DNA from: Vulcanimicrobiota bacterium
GTDB lineage: Bacteria > Vulcanimicrobiota > Xenobia > Xenobiales > QWHO01
Length of the DNA stretch: 64,000 bases
Reading direction: 5' to 3'
NCBI GenBank assembly: GCA_963169765.1
Contig: CAUJEN010000073.1
Span: 10,932-74,931 of the forward strand
Shown here in pieces: positions 28,561 to 37,508 of the stretch. The position numbers and the translations under genes are program-made. The notes beneath the pieces are model-generated. The model saw nothing but the letters and a program-made list of their open reading frames with translations. It made no database searches and had not been told where the DNA came from. How positions within the stretch are numbered: the stretch's first letter is position 1; every line of letters starts with the position of its first letter.

Positions 28561-28715
28561 TGGAAGTCCAGCCGCAAACTCCCTTGGGGTGTCGGAGGGA
28601 ACCTCCGACACCCCAAGATATTGTAGGCGGCCGGACTTCTAGCACAAGATGCTGGGCGTGGCGCAGCCGGAAAGCTGTGTCAAGGGGGTTTCCGGCTGCG
28701 CTCCTAGAAGTCGGC
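28545..28715. repeat. Interspersed intergenic repeat element, copy B (partial unit plus complete unit in tandem)
   Basis: Contains hairpin 'ggggtgtcggagggaacctccgacacccc', core 'aagatattgtaggcggccggacttctagcacaagatgctgggcgtggcgcagccggaaa ... tttccggctgcgctcctagaagtcggcc'. The 3' terminal 'ttccggctccgctcctggaagtc' is also present at 28551-28580. Confidence 0.6.
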
Positions 28716-29075
28716 CACATAGCTCTGCAGCCTCACACTTCTCGCAATGCTGCCCTCCGTCCAGGTCACCTCGGAGACGACGTTGTTGACGCCGGGCCAG
28801 CCCTGCGCAGCGACCGTGACCTGGCACGTAAAGGTCGTACTGACCGCCACTCCATTGACCTCGCCCAGGACGGTCGTGGCTTGTGGACCCCAATTGGCCG
28901 CATTGGCATAACCCCTGGCCATCGTCGTTTCGAGATGCTCGCGAGCGAGATTGGTGGCCACCAGGACATTCTTGGCCTGGGTGGTGGCCCGGTGGCTGGT
29001 CGGGAAAATGCCGAACAGGAGTAACAGGGAAACGCAGAAGAGCCCGAGACCGAAGATGATCTCGAGCAGCATGCT
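28704..29075 (-). CDS. Type IV pilin-like protein (PilV-like pseudopilin)
   Basis: Start chosen at MSMLLEIIFGLGLFCVSLLLLF (prepilin-type N-terminal hydrophobic helix with Glu). Co-directional with the other pilin-like genes. Confidence 0.45.
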   Translation of the reverse strand, partial: SMLLEIIFGLGLFCVSLLLLFGIFPTSHRATTQAKNVLVATNLAREHLETTMARGYANAANWGPQATTVLGEVNGVAVSTTFTCQVTVAAQGWPGVNNVVSEVTWTEGSIARSVRLQSYVADF

Positions 29076-29178
29076 CATCCCCCGCTGGCTCTTGCGACTC
29101 CTCACGAAAGAATCGTACCACAAGGGCAAAACAAAGGAAAGCTTGCCCCTAAAAAGAATTGCCCGGAAGAATCCAACT

Positions 29179-32100
29179 GTGCGAACCAGAGCGCGCAACT
29201 GGCGCGCGCCCTACCAATCAATCTTGCGCCCACTCATTCTGGCTCTCTTTTTCTGCTCGGGCCTGTCGGGCCTGGTCTACGAGGTGCTCTGGACGCGCCG
29301 CCTGACCCTGACCTTCGGCCACTCGGTGCTGGCCGCCAGCACCGTGGTGACGGCCTATATGCTGGGGCTGGCCGCCGGGAGCCTGTGGGCCGGCCGGCGG
29401 GTGGACCGAGCCACGGCCTCGCGGGGAACCTTCCTGACCACCTACGCCTGGCTCGAGATCGGCATCGCGCTCTGGGCAGGGGGCTCTCCATGGCTTCTGA
29501 TCGGAATCGACCAGCTCTGGTTTTCTCTGGCAGCCTCCGGCTGGACCTCGCTCTGGCTCTGGCTGGCCGCCTTCCTGGCGGCGCTGGCCGCCCTCACTCC
29601 CCCGACCTTCCTGATGGGAGCGACCCTGCCGGTGTTGAGTCGGGCGCTGGTGGGCGAGAGCCGTCAGCTGGGCCGCTCGCTCTCCTGGCTGTATGGCGTC
29701 AACACTCTGGGAGCCTGCGCCGGCGCCGGGCTGGCGGGCTGGTTCTTGCTACCCGGTCTGGGCCTGACAACCTCCTTGCTGATCACGGCCGGGCTCAACC
29801 TGGGCCTGGGAGCTCTGGCCTGGTTGCTGGGCTGGGCCTGGCCCGGCCAGCCGGCCAGCCCTCCAACCCTCCGCGAGGAGATCGCCGCTTCCAGCCCGAC
29901 GGCCCTGGCCGCCCCGGCCATGGCCCTGGCCGGGCTGGCATCCATGGCCCTGCAGTTGGGCTGGATGCGGGCCATGGCGCAGCTGCTGGGCTCCTCGGTC
30001 TACGCCTTCTCGACCACGCTGGCCGTATTTCTGGCTGGCCTGGGGCTGGGCGGGGCACTGTTCTCCCTGCTGCCTTCCTCGCGGCGCCCTCGCTCGTGGC
30101 ATCTGGGCCTGACGCTGGCCCTGACCGGTCTGGCCGCGGCCGGAAGCTACCTGGTGATCGACTGGCTGCCCGGCCTGGCCCTGCAGCTCCATCGCATGGT
30201 GCGCCCCGACATTCTGGGCACGGTGGCGCCCACGGCCGGTCTGGCCGGGCTGGTGATCCTGCCGCCCACTTTGCTGATGGGCCTGGCCCTGCCGCTGGCC
30301 AGCGCGCTCGAGGCTCACCGCCGCGACGCGCTGGGGCGTGGGCTGTCGGCCGTCTACAGCGCCAATACGGCCGGCTGTATCGCCGGAGCCGCCCTGGCCG
30401 GCCTGGTGGCCATTCCCTTCCTGGGCGTGCAGCTCACCCTCAAGCTGGCCGCCCTGGCCTACCTGGCAGCCGCCCTGCTGGTCTGGCCGCGCGCCTGGCC
30501 GGCCCTGCTCCCGGGCCTGGCCGTGCTGATCCTACCCGCCTGGAATCTAGCCCTGATCGCTAACGGGCCCGGCGTCTACTCCGACTTTCTGGCTCGCGCC
30601 AGATCCACAAATACCCTGCGGCCACCGGCCTTCTATCGAGACGGCCTCTCCAGCACGGTCACGGTCAACGTCTACGGGCCCAACGAGCAGGCCCTGCGCG
30701 TCAACGGCAAGGTGGACGCCTCCCTGGGTCTGCCCGACATGCAGACCATGCTGCTGCTTGGCTACATCCCCGCAGCTTATCACGTCGGGCTGCGCAAGGC
30801 GGTCGTGATCGGGCTGGGAAGCGGATTCAGCCTCCGCGCCCTGGCCAATCTGTCCGCGCTCGAGCGGCTCGACTGCGTCGAGCTCGAGCCGGCCGTGGTG
30901 GAAGCGGGCCGGTACTGGGCGGGCTACAACGGGCGGGTGCTGGAAGATCCTCGCCTGCGAATGCACCTGACCGACGGGCGCACCTTTATCCAGGCCTCCC
31001 GCGAGAAGTATGACCTGATCGCCAGCGAGCCTTCCAACCCCTGGATCGCAGGGGTCGCCAACCTCTACACCCGTGAGTTCTACCTCTCCTGTGTGCAGCG
31101 CCTCGAGCCGGGCGGAATCATGGCTCAGTGGGTGCAGCTCTACGGGCTGTCCCAGCAAGATCTGCACTCTGTCCTGCGCACCTTCTTCGAGGTCTTTCCC
31201 CACGGGGCTGTGTGGCAAACCTCCAGCGGCGACCTCTTGCTGCTCGGCTCGCTCACCCCCCTCCCCTTCGATCTTGCTCGCCTGGAGAAACTGAGCGCCG
31301 CCTCCCCCGCCATCCGCCGGGACCTGGCCGCCATCCAGCTCTACCGGCCGGCCATGCTGCTCGGCCACTACCTGGGCGAGCGCGATCCCTTCTATGCCGC
31401 CTTTCGGGCCGCTCCGCGCAACACCGACGACCGGCCCCGGCTCGAGTTCACGGCCCCCTTCGGGCTGTTCCGCGACAACACTCCGGGCAACCTGCTCTCG
31501 CTGGATCTGGCACGCACCGGACAAAGCCCCCTGCCACCGGGGGTCGATCCCTCTCCCGAGCGACGGATCGAAGCCGCCCACGGACAGGTCAACCTCAATC
31601 GCGTGGGGGACATCCAGCTCCTGGCCCCCCTTAAAGACGTGCCCGGCTGCAGCCTGGTGGCCGCCCGCTCAGCCGAGCGCGAGCAAGACGAGCTGACCCC
31701 CCGACTCTATGAGCAGGCGCTCCAGGAGCAACCCGACGACCCGGTCACCTTGTGGCTCTCGGCCCTCTACCTTCTGACGCGAGGAAACCTTGCCGACGGG
31801 GCAAAACTGCTGGCCCGACTGGAGAAAAGCCCTCCGGACGGCCTGGAGGAAAGCGTGCTGGTGGTGCGAGCCCAGGTGCTGCACCGACTGGGCCGTTTGC
31901 AGGAGGCTGAAGCCTGCTTGCTGCGGGCGATCGGGCTGAAGACCGGCTACAGCACGGCCTGGACCTGGTTGGGACGCATCCAGGCCGCCTCCAACAAGCC
32001 ACAAGCCGCCCTGGAGAGCTTCGAGCAAGCTCTGAGTCTGAACGCTTACGACCCGGACGCTCGCGCCGGCAAGACCTTGGCGCTGATGGCTCTGAAGCGC

Positions 32101-32313
32101 TTTCCGGAGGCGATTACCGCCGCTCGAGCCATGCTCGAGTTGCAAAGCGACAACGCCGAAGGCTGGATGTACCTCTCCACCGCCTTGCAGGCGTCGGGGG
32201 ACGCGAGAGGGAGCGAGCAGGCCCGGGCCCGGGCCCGCCAGCTCGACCCCAAGATCGGTCGTCCCGACCAGCTCTTCGAGCCCCCGGACAAGAACCAGCT
32301 GCCCCAGCGCTGA
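29179..32313 (+). CDS. Fused polytopic-membrane (MFS-like)/spermidine-synthase-like protein with C-terminal TPR repeats, paralog 1
   Basis: About 12 TM N-terminal region aligned with paralog 2 (LSGLVYEVLWTRRLTLTFGHSV...). Central spermidine-synthase fold (GSGFSLRALANL ... DLIASEPSNPW ... LYTREFY). C-terminal TPR. Start ambiguous (GTG 29179 or TTG 29224) because the upstream frame overlaps the divergent pilin gene. Confidence 0.7.
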   Translation: MRTRARNWRAPYQSILRPLILALFFCSGLSGLVYEVLWTRRLTLTFGHSVLAASTVVTAYMLGLAAGSLWAGRRVDRATASRGTFLTTYAWLEIGIALWAGGSPWLLIGIDQLWFSLAASGWTSLWLWLAAFLAALAALTPPTFLMGATLPVLSRALVGESRQLGRSLSWLYGVNTLGACAGAGLAGWFLLPGLGLTTSLLITAGLNLGLGALAWLLGWAWPGQPASPPTLREEIAASSPTALAAPAMALAGLASMALQLGWMRAMAQLLGSSVYAFSTTLAVFLAGLGLGGALFSLLPSSRRPRSWHLGLTLALTGLAAAGSYLVIDWLPGLALQLHRMVRPDILGTVAPTAGLAGLVILPPTLLMGLALPLASALEAHRRDALGRGLSAVYSANTAGCIAGAALAGLVAIPFLGVQLTLKLAALAYLAAALLVWPRAWPALLPGLAVLILPAWNLALIANGPGVYSDFLARARSTNTLRPPAFYRDGLSSTVTVNVYGPNEQALRVNGKVDASLGLPDMQTMLLLGYIPAAYHVGLRKAVVIGLGSGFSLRALANLSALERLDCVELEPAVVEAGRYWAGYNGRVLEDPRLRMHLTDGRTFIQASREKYDLIASEPSNPWIAGVANLYTREFYLSCVQRLEPGGIMAQWVQLYGLSQQDLHSVLRTFFEVFPHGAVWQTSSGDLLLLGSLTPLPFDLARLEKLSAASPAIRRDLAAIQLYRPAMLLGHYLGERDPFYAAFRAAPRNTDDRPRLEFTAPFGLFRDNTPGNLLSLDLARTGQSPLPPGVDPSPERRIEAAHGQVNLNRVGDIQLLAPLKDVPGCSLVAARSAEREQDELTPRLYEQALQEQPDDPVTLWLSALYLLTRGNLADGAKLLARLEKSPPDGLEESVLVVRAQVLHRLGRLQEAEACLLRAIGLKTGYSTAWTWLGRIQAASNKPQAALESFEQALSLNAYDPDARAGKTLALMALKRFPEAITAARAMLELQSDNAEGWMYLSTALQASGDARGSEQARARARQLDPKIGRPDQLFEPPDKNQLPQR

Positions 32314-32338
32314 AAGGGTTCCATCCGCTTTCCCTGGA

Positions 32339-33799
32339 ATGGCCGGGCCCATGCCCATGATGAAACTGCGCGAAGAGCTTGGCCTGACATTCGACGACGT
32401 GCTGATCGTGCCCCGGCACTCCCCCATCTCCAGTCGCTACGGGGTAGACACCGGCACCCAGCTGACCCCCCGCATCCGCTGCCAGATCCCCATCCTGTCG
32501 GCCAACATGGACACCGTCACCGAGGCCCAGATGGCCGTGGCCATCGCCCGCGATGGTGGGCTGGGCATCATCCACCGCTTCCTGAGCCCCGAGCGGCAGG
32601 CGGCCGAGGTCACCCGGGTCAAGCGCGCCGAGAGCTTTGTGGTGGAAGATCCTGTCACCCTGCCAGCGGACGCCCCGCTGGCCCGCGCCCGCGAGGCCCT
32701 GCGCGAAGTGGGCGGCGTGATGGTGGTGGACGCGGACGGAAAGCTTTGCGGCATCCTGACCCGTCGCGACCTGGTGCTCTACGAGTCAGAAAACGGCCTG
32801 GTGAAGGAGCTGATGACCCCCCGCGAGCGGCTGATCACCGGCCCGCGCGGCATCGGGCAAGACGAGGCCCGCGAGCTGTTGCACAGGCATCGCATCGAGA
32901 AGCTGCCCCTGATCGATGAGGACGGCCGTCCGGCCGGACTCATCACCTCGCAGGACATCATCAAGCTGCAGCGCCACCCCCACGCCACCAAGGACGAGCG
33001 GGGCCGGTTGCGGGTGGGTGCAGCCGTAGGCGTGCGCGCCTCGGACGTGGAGCGGGCCGAGCGGCTGCTGGCCGCCGGGGCCGACCTGCTGGTGGTGGAT
33101 GTGGCCCACGGCCACTCCGACCTTTGCATCGACATGGTCAAGCGGCTCAAGCAGAACTTCCCCGATTGCGAGGTCATGGCTGGCAACGTGGCCACCGCCC
33201 AGGGAGTGCGCGACCTGGCCGAGGCGGGCGCTTCCTCCATCAAGGTGGGAGTTGGCTCGGGCTCGATCTGCATCACCCGCGTGGTGACCGGTGCCGGGGT
33301 GCCCCAGCTGACGGCCGTGCTCGAATGTGGCCTGGCGGCCCGCGAGGTGGGGGTGACCCTGATCTCCGACGGCGGCATCCGCAATTCGGGCGACATCACC
33401 AAGGCCCTGGCCGCGGGCGGCCACGCGGTGATGGTGGGCAGCCTGCTGGCCGGCACCACCCAGAGCCCGGGCGCCAGCGTGGTGCGCGACGGGCGACGCT
33501 TCAAGGTGGTGCGCGGCATGGCCTCGCTGACGGCCAACATCGACCGGCTCGAAGTCGAGTCGCGCCGCGAAGTGGACCCGGAAGACTGGGAGCGCGTCGT
33601 CCCCGAGGGCGTTGAGGCGGTGGTGCCCTACCGGGGCGACGTGCACGACATCCTGCACCAGCTGATCGGCGGCCTGCGCTCGGGCATGACCTACGTGGGC
33701 GCCCACAGCCTCGAGGAGCTGTACGACAAGGCCGAGCTCGTGCGCATGACGGGCGCCGGCATGGCCGAGAGCGGTGCCCACGACGTCACCAAGCTCTAA
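32339..33799 (+). CDS. guaB: IMP dehydrogenase
   Basis: Full-length IMPDH. Catalytic loop [20 protein letters not shown]. Tandem CBS domains. C-terminal [12 protein letters not shown]. Confidence 0.9.
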   Translation: MAGPMPMMKLREELGLTFDDVLIVPRHSPISSRYGVDTGTQLTPRIRCQIPILSANMDTVTEAQMAVAIARDGGLGIIHRFLSPERQAAEVTRVKRAESFVVEDPVTLPADAPLARAREALREVGGVMVVDADGKLCGILTRRDLVLYESENGLVKELMTPRERLITGPRGIGQDEARELLHRHRIEKLPLIDEDGRPAGLITSQDIIKLQRHPHATKDERGRLRVGAAVGVRASDVERAERLLAAGADLLVVDVAHGHSDLCIDMVKRLKQNFPDCEVMAGNVATAQGVRDLAEAGASSIKVGVGSGSICITRVVTGAGVPQLTAVLECGLAAREVGVTLISDGGIRNSGDITKALAAGGHAVMVGSLLAGTTQSPGASVVRDGRRFKVVRGMASLTANIDRLEVESRREVDPEDWERVVPEGVEAVVPYRGDVHDILHQLIGGLRSGMTYVGAHSLEELYDKAELVRMTGAGMAESGAHDVTKL

Positions 33800-33800
33800 A

Positions 33801-33826
33801 GTGCAAGGCCTTTGGTCTTGCACTTT
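33801..33826 (+). terminator. Hairpin after guaB stop (weak U-tract)
   Basis: agtgcaag-gcctttggtc-cttgcact followed by TTACA, 2 nt after the TAA stop. Confidence 0.35.
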
Positions 33827-34055
33827 ACAACGCGCAGGAACGCAGTTCCGGCGCGTTCGTTAGATTGTGCTAATGTGCAAAACCAAAGTGCGAGCACATT
33901 AGAAGGCGGGCCGCACCCCCCATGGGGTGTCGAAAGGGCTGCCCCCGCCTCCACAAGATATTGTAGGCGGCCGGACTTCTAGCACAATATGTTGGGCGTC
34001 GCGCAGCCGGAAAACCTTGTCAAGGGAGTTTCCGGCTGCGCTCCTGGCTCTCAAC
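33815..34055. repeat. Interspersed intergenic repeat element, copy C (longest)
   Basis: Contains the 5' module shared with copy A, an internal palindrome ctaatgtgc...gcacattag, and the core 'cacaagatattgtaggcggccggacttctagcacaatatgttgggcgtcgcgcagccggaaaaccttgtcaagggagtttccggctgcgctcctgg'. Confidence 0.6.
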
Positions 34056-34203
34056 TGGCGCAGGCGGCCAGCGGCTCGTCAGCGGACGGGAGGGGTAGTT
34101 GCGTGGCGCCCGGGACTGGACCCCTTGTGGACGACGGATCCGGCACCCGGTGCCACGCAGACCTCAATCTACTCCAGAGTCGGGCCCGGATCTGTGATCC
34201 AGA

Positions 34204-35397
34204 TTACTGCCTGCGGGGAACCCGCACGCCCCCGACCAGCACGTAGTCGGCCAGTTGGGCGACCTGGTTACCCCCACCACCGTTCTTGAGGTGGTCGGCC
34301 AGGTAGCCCAGGTCCGTGTTGTGGGCGCTTTGCGTCCACAGGGTGAGGCTGTAGTCCAACAGGCTGACGGCCAGCTGCTTGCCATCGGGCGAAAAGCTGA
34401 TCTGGCGGATCCCCTCGGCACTGGCCATGCCCGGGGTGTGGGGCAGCTCCTGGCGGCGGACCTCCCCGGTGGCCAGGTTCCAGTCGTGCACCGCGTTTCT
34501 GATGGCCTCGCCGACCAGAAGGTGGTTGCCGTCCGGAGTGAAGGCCAGGCTGCGCGCCCCGCGGATGGCCCGGGCGTCGACCTCGCGACCGGTCTCAACG
34601 TCGAAGACCTTGATCTCTTTCTCGAAGACAGCCGCCACCTTCGTGCCGTCGGCCGAGAGGGCCATCCCACCACCGCCCTCTTTGCGCGTATCCTCGAGCT
34701 TATGCAGGAGCCTCTGCTCGCGGGCGTCCCAGATGGCCACTCCACCCCGGTAGCGGGTCACGATCTTGGAGCCGTCAGGCGTGAAGGCGATGTCGGTGAC
34801 CCAGTCGGGGTGCTGCAGGCAGCCGGTCTGCTCGCGAGCCTCCGGATCCCAGAGCAAGAGGCGTCCGTCCATCGCGCCGGTGGCCAGCGTGCGACTGTCA
34901 GGCGAGAAGGCCACGCTGCGCACGTCGTCGTTGTCGAACAAAATGCCAAGAGCATTCGGTTTTGCGGTGGGACAGTGGGTCTGGTGGGTGATCTCAACGC
35001 CCCGAGAGGAGAAAACCGAGAACTTGCCGTCCTCCCAGCCCACAGCCACAAGCTCACCGTCGCCCGAGGCTGCCACCGGGCCGATGCGAACGTTCTTGTG
35101 CGCCACCTGGAAGCTCTGGGGCTCGCCTCCTTGCAGGTCCCAGAGGCGGAGCTTGCTGGGAGTGCCCACCAGGCTGGGCGACTCGGTGCTGATCAACTTG
35201 CCCCCCGGCGTCCAGCAGAAGCCCTCGATAGGATGGGTATGCTTGAGCGCAGGAGTGTCCCTGGGCGGATGCAGCGTGACCGTCCTCAGTCGCAGATCGA
35301 CCCGATCGGCAGGGCCTGCCGGCTCTTTTGTCTCGCCCTCGGGGCGCGAAACGGATGAGACCGGCAGGGCAAACAGGGCCAGGGGTTGGATCCTCAT
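34204..35397 (-). CDS. Secreted WD40-repeat beta-propeller protein
   Basis: Signal peptide, then canonical WD repeats (LRLWDLQ, LLLWDPE, VAIWDAR, IKVFDVE, LTLWTQ). Confidence 0.7.
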   Translation of the reverse strand: MRIQPLALFALPVSSVSRPEGETKEPAGPADRVDLRLRTVTLHPPRDTPALKHTHPIEGFCWTPGGKLISTESPSLVGTPSKLRLWDLQGGEPQSFQVAHKNVRIGPVAASGDGELVAVGWEDGKFSVFSSRGVEITHQTHCPTAKPNALGILFDNDDVRSVAFSPDSRTLATGAMDGRLLLWDPEAREQTGCLQHPDWVTDIAFTPDGSKIVTRYRGGVAIWDAREQRLLHKLEDTRKEGGGGMALSADGTKVAAVFEKEIKVFDVETGREVDARAIRGARSLAFTPDGNHLLVGEAIRNAVHDWNLATGEVRRQELPHTPGMASAEGIRQISFSPDGKQLAVSLLDYSLTLWTQSAHNTDLGYLADHLKNGGGGNQVAQLADYVLVGGVRVPRRQ

Positions 35398-35605
35398 GGC
35401 CCTAGCCTACCGACCGGGTCTGAAAAAAGCCTTACCGGAGAGCCCGGGAGGCCTGACGGACCAGAGAGTGACTATCCTGGCGCGAGTCAGCCGAGAGCTC
35501 CCAGAGAAAGCCTTGCAATTTTTTCAGCCAGCTGCTAGACTTGGGGAGTTCCCGGCCACCTGCTTCCAGAGGCGAAGCGCATTCGGTCGAGGACGGAGGG
35601 TCCTG

Positions 35606-36145
35606 ATGAAAGGAGACCCCAGGTTGCAGGAACTGCTCGAGCTGATCGAGACGATCGAACGAACTTCCAGACAGAGCTGTCGTCGCTGGAAACGAGTGGG
35701 TGAGCGACTCGACGAGTGGATCGCGATTTCATTGAAGATGCAAGAGGCGCTGGCCTCGATGCAAGAGGCGCAAGTTGCGACCATCAGGTCGCTGGCCGCC
35801 ACCCAGGAATCGCTGGCCGCCACCCAGGAATCGCTGGCCGCTACCCAGGAATCGCTGGCCGCCACCCAGGAATCGCTGGCCGCTACCCAGGAATCGCTGG
35901 CGGGGACACAAGGGGCGCAAGTCTCCATGCAGGCGTCTCTCAACACGCTCGAGGAGGCACAGTCCTCGACCAGCCAGGCCGTGCTCCGGCTGCGGGCCGA
36001 CCTCGACCAGGCGCAGGCCAGCGACGAGGCCCAGGAGAGAAATCTAGGCAAGGTCGTCCGGGTCCTGAACACCTTCGTGGATGGCTACGAATTGCGCCTG
36101 TCCAACGTCGAGCAGCGCCTCGAGCGGTTGGAGAAGAGCGCCTGA
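35606..36145 (+). CDS. Coiled-coil protein with 5x tandem heptad repeat (SLAATQE)
   Basis: GGAGGG RBS 6 nt before ATG. Heptad-periodic sequence throughout. Perfect 21-bp DNA tandem repeats encode SLAATQE x5. Confidence 0.5.
   Translation: MKGDPRLQELLELIETIERTSRQSCRRWKRVGERLDEWIAISLKMQEALASMQEAQVATIRSLAATQESLAATQESLAATQESLAATQESLAATQESLAGTQGAQVSMQASLNTLEEAQSSTSQAVLRLRADLDQAQASDEAQERNLGKVVRVLNTFVDGYELRLSNVEQRLERLEKSA
35789..35900 (+). repeat. 21-bp tandem repeat x5.3 (tcgctggccgc[ct]acccaggaa) inside coiled-coil gene
   Basis: Five consecutive 21-bp units differing only at one C/T position, plus a partial sixth unit. Confidence 0.85.
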
Positions 36146-36164
36146 AGGTCCGTCCGCTAACGTC

Positions 36165-36250
36165 TTTGCTTCCTGCGCTCCAATCTGCTGGGCGTCGCGC
36201 GGCCGGAAAACGTTGTCAACGGGGGGTTCCGGCTGCTCTCCTGAGAACCG
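36165..36250. repeat. Interspersed intergenic repeat element, copy D (3' hairpin module only)
   Basis: 'ctgctgggcgtcgcgcggccggaaaacgttgtcaacggggggttccggctgctctcctg' matches the 3' module of copies A-C, with stem gccggaa/ttccggc retained. Confidence 0.55.
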
Positions 36251-36290
36251 GACCAGGGCCGGGGCCGGAAGGCACGAACCTCAAGGGGTG

Positions 36291-37310
36291 GATCCGCTGC
36301 GCCCCACCTCCCCCCCCACACCGGTCCTGCGCTCCAACCAGCCCGCCCGTGTGACCGAGGGAGGACCGGCCGATGGCTTCCTCCCCGCCCAGGTGCGCCC
36401 GGGTCGCCCGGCTCGCGGGAGCGAGGCTCCCATCGAGCTGATCCACCCTGCTACGGCCGAGGAATTCCGACCCGAGCTGCAGGCTGCCCTCAAGCTGCTT
36501 CCACGCCGCCTGCTGGCCGGCATCGCCGAGCAGGGCTACCGGCTGCATGTGGTGGACAGCCAGGCAGCTCACTGCCTGACCCTGGAGGTGGAGGAGGTCT
36601 GCGACCCGCCTTTGGAAGAGCTCTACGCAGAAGCCTCCAGCCTGGGTGAGCTGGCTCGCCAGCGAGGACTCGTGCCGGGTCCGCAGTGGTTGCAGCGCGT
36701 GCTGCCGGCCAACCCCGAGCTGAACGTGCTGCGCGACCACCCGGCCGAGACCCCGCTGACCCCCGGTCAGGTTCTGCAGGTCCCCGCCTGCTACGGATGG
36801 CAGGGCCGCTGGATCAGCCCGGCCGCCTGGAGCTTTCTGACCGCCCCGCGGCTGAACAACCTGGCCGGAATGGTGGTCAACGGCGAGCAGGCCGGCTTGC
36901 GGGGCCGGCAACTGGCCATCGTGCTGTGGGACAAAGTTTTCCGCCGAGGAGACGGCCTGACCGACTGGTACGTCCTGCACGAGCTGGGCCACACCACCGA
37001 CTTCAGTTTCGCCTTCCGCCAGCCCGAGCCCTGGCGCGCCTGGCGGGGGCGCCTGGAGGCTGCCTTCGCTCAGGCCAACTTCCTCACGCGCTACGCGGGC
37101 GAGAGCCCTGTGGAATACTTCGCCGAGGGATTTGCCGCCTGGGCCACCCCGGCCGGCCATCGCCGCGCTCCCCGGCCGGGAGTCGAGCCCGAGCCGCTGG
37201 CCCGACAGCGCTACGAGGTCGACCGCAGCGTGCTGCAGGAGCGCGATCCGGGGCTCTACTCGCTGATCCAGGAGGCCGTGCGACTTACGCTCACCTCGAA
37301 GGATTCCTGA
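36291..37310 (+). CDS. Hypothetical HExxH-motif protein (putative zinc metallopeptidase-like)
   Basis: Contains WYVLHELGHTTDF (HExxH) and a downstream EYFAEGFA region. Start uncertain (GTG candidates at 36291/36348/36393) because the upstream ORF reads through repeat copy D. Confidence 0.45.
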   Translation, partial: DPLRPTSPPTPVLRSNQPARVTEGGPADGFLPAQVRPGRPARGSEAPIELIHPATAEEFRPELQAALKLLPRRLLAGIAEQGYRLHVVDSQAAHCLTLEVEEVCDPPLEELYAEASSLGELARQRGLVPGPQWLQRVLPANPELNVLRDHPAETPLTPGQVLQVPACYGWQGRWISPAAWSFLTAPRLNNLAGMVVNGEQAGLRGRQLAIVLWDKVFRRGDGLTDWYVLHELGHTTDFSFAFRQPEPWRAWRGRLEAAFAQANFLTRYAGESPVEYFAEGFAAWATPAGHRRAPRPGVEPEPLARQRYEVDRSVLQERDPGLYSLIQEAVRLTLTSKDS

Positions 37311-37319
37311 TCGTCGATG

Positions 37320-37460
37320 CCGTCCAGGAAGTCTGGCCGCAAACCCCCTTGTGGTATCGGAGGGGCTACGCCCTCGGGGGCCCCTACCCCCGCCTCCGCC
37401 ACCACAAGCCGTGTCCAGGGGGGGCCGGCTATGCTCCTCGCTCAGCGCAGGAATGCGCCG
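37320..37460. repeat. Interspersed intergenic repeat element, degenerate copy E (5' module)
   Basis: 'caggaagtctggccgcaaacccccttgtggtatcggagggg ... cccctacccccgcctccgccaccacaag' parallels the 5' portions of copies B (28570-28640) and C (33911-33960). Lies directly upstream of the second fused MFS/spermidine-synthase gene. Confidence 0.4.
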
Positions 37461-37508
37461 GGGAGGGTGCAACAAAGTTGGAGATGACTTTGCGACCCGA
37501 GGGATAGC

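Noticed and set aside
33927-34289. Small plus-strand ORFs inside repeat copies (33927-34289, 33989-34246, 28224-29024, 36081 region) encoding similar peptides (PPQDIVGGRTSST.CWA.RSRK)
   Set aside because: Peptide similarity simply mirrors nucleotide identity of the repeat. A compensatory substitution in the stem favours a structural element. The frames are not preserved across all copies.
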